Part shown: in pieces, positions 60,845 through 64,000 of the stretch
Numbering within the stretch: the first letter of the stretch is position 1
How the letters are laid out: each line of letters opens with the position of its first letter
Source: Candidatus Bathyarchaeota archaeon
Lineage (GTDB): Archaea; Thermoproteota; Bathyarchaeia; Bathyarchaeales; Bathycorpusculaceae
Assembly (NCBI GenBank): GCA_963775465.1
Contig: CAVZIW010000003.1
Span: 1 to 64,000, forward strand
DNA length: 64,000 bases
Reading direction: 5' to 3'
Program-made: the position numbers and the translations under genes
The notes under the pieces: generated by a model
Told to the model about the DNA's origin: nothing
The model's input: the letters and a program-made list of their open reading frames with translations, nothing else
The model's database searches: none

Positions 60845-62653
60845 ATGGAGAATGATCGTTCCCTAAACACATCTTTGGACAGCGCTAAGAAACACTATTC
60901 CTCTATGTTCTCATTGCCATCATTAAAAAAAGCGCTTTTAGCTATTGGTGTTATCTGTGTTGCGGGGGTAAGTGTTGTTGCTTTTGCGCTCTTCCCATCC
61001 ATCATGAGTCTTTTAGTTGGGATTTCCCTCTTCGCTGTTACTCTTTTGGCTGATTCAGCAGTAAGCCAACTTGTTTTAAACAGTGATCCAATTTTTACAA
61101 TGAGACGAACTCTTGTACTCTCCTTAGTTGGCTGGCTTTTTTGGTTTTTGCTCCTATCTTTGGGGGGCGGGTTAAGCCTATGGTTCGGATGGTTGGTTTG
61201 GGTCAAGTTTTCCCTCTTAGGATATGCGACGGTTTTAACTCTTAGAGTTCTTGTATTCACTGCAACATCTAATGCGGCAAAATGGCGCCAGTTGGTTTCA
61301 ATTTTTCTTCAGCCAACACTTTGCATTTTGGTTTTTCTTGTTTTTTGGATAAGTATAGCCTCAGCTTTCTTTCTGCAAGTTTTTCTTTTCATAGTATTAA
61401 CTCCCATAATCTCCTACACCGCCGTGTATTTGATGCTGAATTCAATAGAGCGACTGGGGAAAAGCAAGTATTCTTTGGCTGCACTACCTTTGTTTAGGGC
61501 TTTTTTACTCAACTGGGTAACCGACTTAAACCAACCTCTCGAGAAATTTCTTGAAGAAATGGGTGAAGACACAAACATTGAAGTGGCTCTTCTCAAGTTT
61601 GATTCATCTAAACCTAAGGCCGCCATTATTCTTCCTTTGGTTCACCCTGGTCCTTTCAAGAACATTGGAAGCAGCCTTCTCCCGTCGATTTTGAAACATT
61701 GTTTCGAAAAAGAGTTCAATTGTGATGCGTGTGTGCCTTTAGGGATTCTCGGCCATGAACTTGATTTGGCTTCTCAAACACAGAATTACAAAATTATTTC
61801 TCAGGTGATTGCTTCGGCAAACTTTTCACCAACAAATGCTTTGGCTTCGCCATCTGTAAGAGTTCAGGAAGGGGTCGCAAACGCAATCTGCCAGATTTTT
61901 GGGGACACTGTGTTCGTTTCTTTTTCACTTGCGCCTAAAACGACAGAGGATTTGCCTCAAGAATTAGGACACATGGTTAGTGAAGAAGCCAGAAAATATG
62001 GATTAAAACACGCAATTGTAGTTAACGCACACAATAGCTTAAACGACATAATTGATACAGAAGAAAATATTGCTGCCCTGCAAGTTGCAGCATCTAAATG
62101 TCTCCAAAAAGTGGCGTCACTTCCAACTTCACCTTTTATGGTTGGCTCGGCAACTGTTTACGCTAAAGAATTTACTTTAAAGCAAGGTATGGGTGCAGGT
62201 GGAATTACTGCAATAGCCTTTGAAGTAGGCAAGCAGAAAACCGTTTATGTGGTAATTGATGGTAATAACATGGTTTCGGGTTTACGTGAGAAAGTTCTTG
62301 ATCATTTGTTTTCTTTGGGGTTTGACCAAAGCGAAGTTTTCACAACAGACACTCATTCAGTTAGCGCTTTGGTAACTGGGCGGCGTGGTTATCATCCTAT
62401 TGGCGAAGTGATAAATCACGATGTTCTGTTTAGATATATTGATGAGGCTGCCAAGAAAGCTATGGATAACTTTGAAGAAGCTAAGGTAGGCTGCAAAAGC
62501 TTCAGTGTACCGCAAGTTAGGGTGATAGGCAAGGAGCATCTAAACTCAATTTCCACCCTTGTCGACAAATCAATTGCCAAAGCAAAGCAGATGGCTATTC
62601 CACTATTTGGATTAGAAAGTTTGATTCTGCTCTTGCTTTTACTGCTATTCTAG
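60845..62653 (+). CDS. DUF2070 family membrane protein
   Basis: N-terminal TMs; VHPGPF, AHN, DGNNM, TTDTH. Confidence 0.88.
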   Translation: MENDRSLNTSLDSAKKHYSSMFSLPSLKKALLAIGVICVAGVSVVAFALFPSIMSLLVGISLFAVTLLADSAVSQLVLNSDPIFTMRRTLVLSLVGWLFWFLLLSLGGGLSLWFGWLVWVKFSLLGYATVLTLRVLVFTATSNAAKWRQLVSIFLQPTLCILVFLVFWISIASAFFLQVFLFIVLTPIISYTAVYLMLNSIERLGKSKYSLAALPLFRAFLLNWVTDLNQPLEKFLEEMGEDTNIEVALLKFDSSKPKAAIILPLVHPGPFKNIGSSLLPSILKHCFEKEFNCDACVPLGILGHELDLASQTQNYKIISQVIASANFSPTNALASPSVRVQEGVANAICQIFGDTVFVSFSLAPKTTEDLPQELGHMVSEEARKYGLKHAIVVNAHNSLNDIIDTEENIAALQVAASKCLQKVASLPTSPFMVGSATVYAKEFTLKQGMGAGGITAIAFEVGKQKTVYVVIDGNNMVSGLREKVLDHLFSLGFDQSEVFTTDTHSVSALVTGRRGYHPIGEVINHDVLFRYIDEAAKKAMDNFEEAKVGCKSFSVPQVRVIGKEHLNSISTLVDKSIAKAKQMAIPLFGLESLILLLLLLLF

Positions 62654-62667
62654 CCTACTGACGTTGT

Positions 62668-63210
62668 CTATCTTTTGATCTGCTTTCGAGGTTTTCTTTT
62701 CAATTCAGTGCCGCAAACTTTGCATTCTTTCGATTTAGTGCTGGCAGGATATTCTTTGTAACATGCGGGGCAATACCTAATCCACTCTAAGGCATGTTTA
62801 ATGCCAAGTGTTGCGAGAGCTACAAACTCTATATCCATCTGCTTTACCACGTTCTGGATTGAGTAATCATCTGTCACAACTTGCGGAATGGCGCCTTCTG
62901 TGTTTAACTGCATAGCCAACGCTAAAAGCTGCATATCCGTTTTAGATAGCTTAAACGAGTCCCCAACTTTGCATGCAACTGATTCAACTTTTTGGGAGAA
63001 CTCTTCTGAAGGTAACTGAACTTTTAGTTTGCCGCTTTCAATGGCTGTTTCAAAACGCGTTTTTACAATCGAATTTCTTAGAATTTCCTCTTCAACCTTG
63101 GGTACAGTCACAAACTCTCCCCAGAATGAGAAGGGGTCAAACCCAGCCAAAAAAGCTGAAGTATCTAAAACAATCACGCGATTGTGTTTAGGGTTTGGCT
63201 TAGTTTTCAT
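62668..63210 (-). CDS. nob1: Nob1 endoribonuclease
   Basis: VLDTSAF, LSKTD, TDDYSIQNV, CPAC...CKVCG. Confidence 0.9.
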   Translation of the reverse strand: MKTKPNPKHNRVIVLDTSAFLAGFDPFSFWGEFVTVPKVEEEILRNSIVKTRFETAIESGKLKVQLPSEEFSQKVESVACKVGDSFKLSKTDMQLLALAMQLNTEGAIPQVVTDDYSIQNVVKQMDIEFVALATLGIKHALEWIRYCPACYKEYPASTKSKECKVCGTELKRKPRKQIKR

Positions 63211-64000
63211 TCTGTTCCCTTAAAAAGCAATCTATTGCGAAGCCTGTCGTAAAAGTCACTTTCAAAGCGGATAAATGAGGTCACGTTTTTTGATTTTGTC
63301 ACGTTAATGGCCATTTTTTGGGAGTTAATTAGTCTGCGGTAGTTTCCATCGATTAGAATAAGTGTTTCTTTTGGTCTAATTATGTTAAAGGTGATTTTGG
63401 CATCCGTTGGAAATACCAACGAACCTAACGTTGTCAAGGAACAAATGGGTGTTAGCACAAAGGCGTCGACTTCTCGATCCAGAACTGGACCGCCCGCGGA
63501 AAGGGAATACCCAGTTGAACCTGTTTGGGTCGCCATAATTAAGCCGTCGGCTTGGCATCTTAGGATTGGTTTGCCGTTTTTGCATATCTGGGCGTAAAAT
63601 ATCTTTGAGGGTTCTCCTGCGGAAATTACAACATCATTTAAGCTGTCAGGAAGGGCTTCGTTACCGATTGAAACAGATAGTTTAGTGCATTTTTCTATTC
63701 TGAAATCGCCCTGGAGAATTTTTTCTACTGCTTCGCAAGCGTTCTTTGGTTCGACTTCGGTTAGAAATCCCCGTACACCCATGTTTATAGCTAAAATTGG
63801 TGGTTCAGGTTTAGACACTGATATTGAAGTGCGCAATATTGTGCCGTCGCCACCGATCGTTATTATAAAGTCAGTGTTAATTTTAGAAAGTGGAACAAAG
63901 CTTCTATTATGTGTGACCTTGCCTTTGAGTGTGTCTTCGATGTAAACCTTCAACCCCTTGCTTTTGAGGTACTCTGCTAGTTCTTCCGTAAGCTTTAGGG
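63207..64000 (-). CDS. nadK: NAD kinase (5' end beyond window)
   Basis: GGDGT, GFL, LND, ADGLIMATQTGSTGYSLSAGGP. Confidence 0.93.
   Translation of the reverse strand, partial: LKLTEELAEYLKSKGLKVYIEDTLKGKVTHNRSFVPLSKINTDFIITIGGDGTILRTSISVSKPEPPILAINMGVRGFLTEVEPKNACEAVEKILQGDFRIEKCTKLSVSIGNEALPDSLNDVVISAGEPSKIFYAQICKNGKPILRCQADGLIMATQTGSTGYSLSAGGPVLDREVDAFVLTPICSLTTLGSLVFPTDAKITFNIIRPKETLILIDGNYRRLINSQKMAINVTKSKNVTSFIRFESDFYDRLRNRLLFKGTE

Overview
Archaeal chromosomal segment, most consistent with Candidatus Bathyarchaeia. This is an inference from gene content: PolD together with TACK-type Elf1, a Fae-Hps fusion, a large exported beta-propeller protein and class I LysRS. It is mostly core genome: two translation/transcription clusters (S6e-aIF2gamma-PIN-Rpo7-Spt4-DPCK-S24e-S27ae; L3-L4-L23-L2-S19), tRNA-Glu(UUC), an intron-containing tRNA-Ser(CGA), ahcY, pyrE, tmk, nadE, GGGP synthase, Nob1 and NAD kinase. 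A replication origin (cdc6, three ORB boxes, AT-rich core, about 49.6-50.3 kb) lies between the PolD DP1 and DP2 genes. The most striking unexplained structure is next to oriC (50.3-53 kb): three uncharacterised putative DNA-binding genes, one of them a membrane-anchored coiled-coil winged-helix protein, interleaved with dense arrays of ATCAC/GTGAT repeats and two GTGACGTCAC palindromes. This is a candidate origin-tethering or segregation module. Three genes missed or truncated by the ORF track appear to start at near-cognate codons (ATA, ATC, ATT) behind Shine-Dalgarno-like motifs. No transposase, integrase or CRISPR array was seen. Product calls come from motif recognition by eye; no database search was run.
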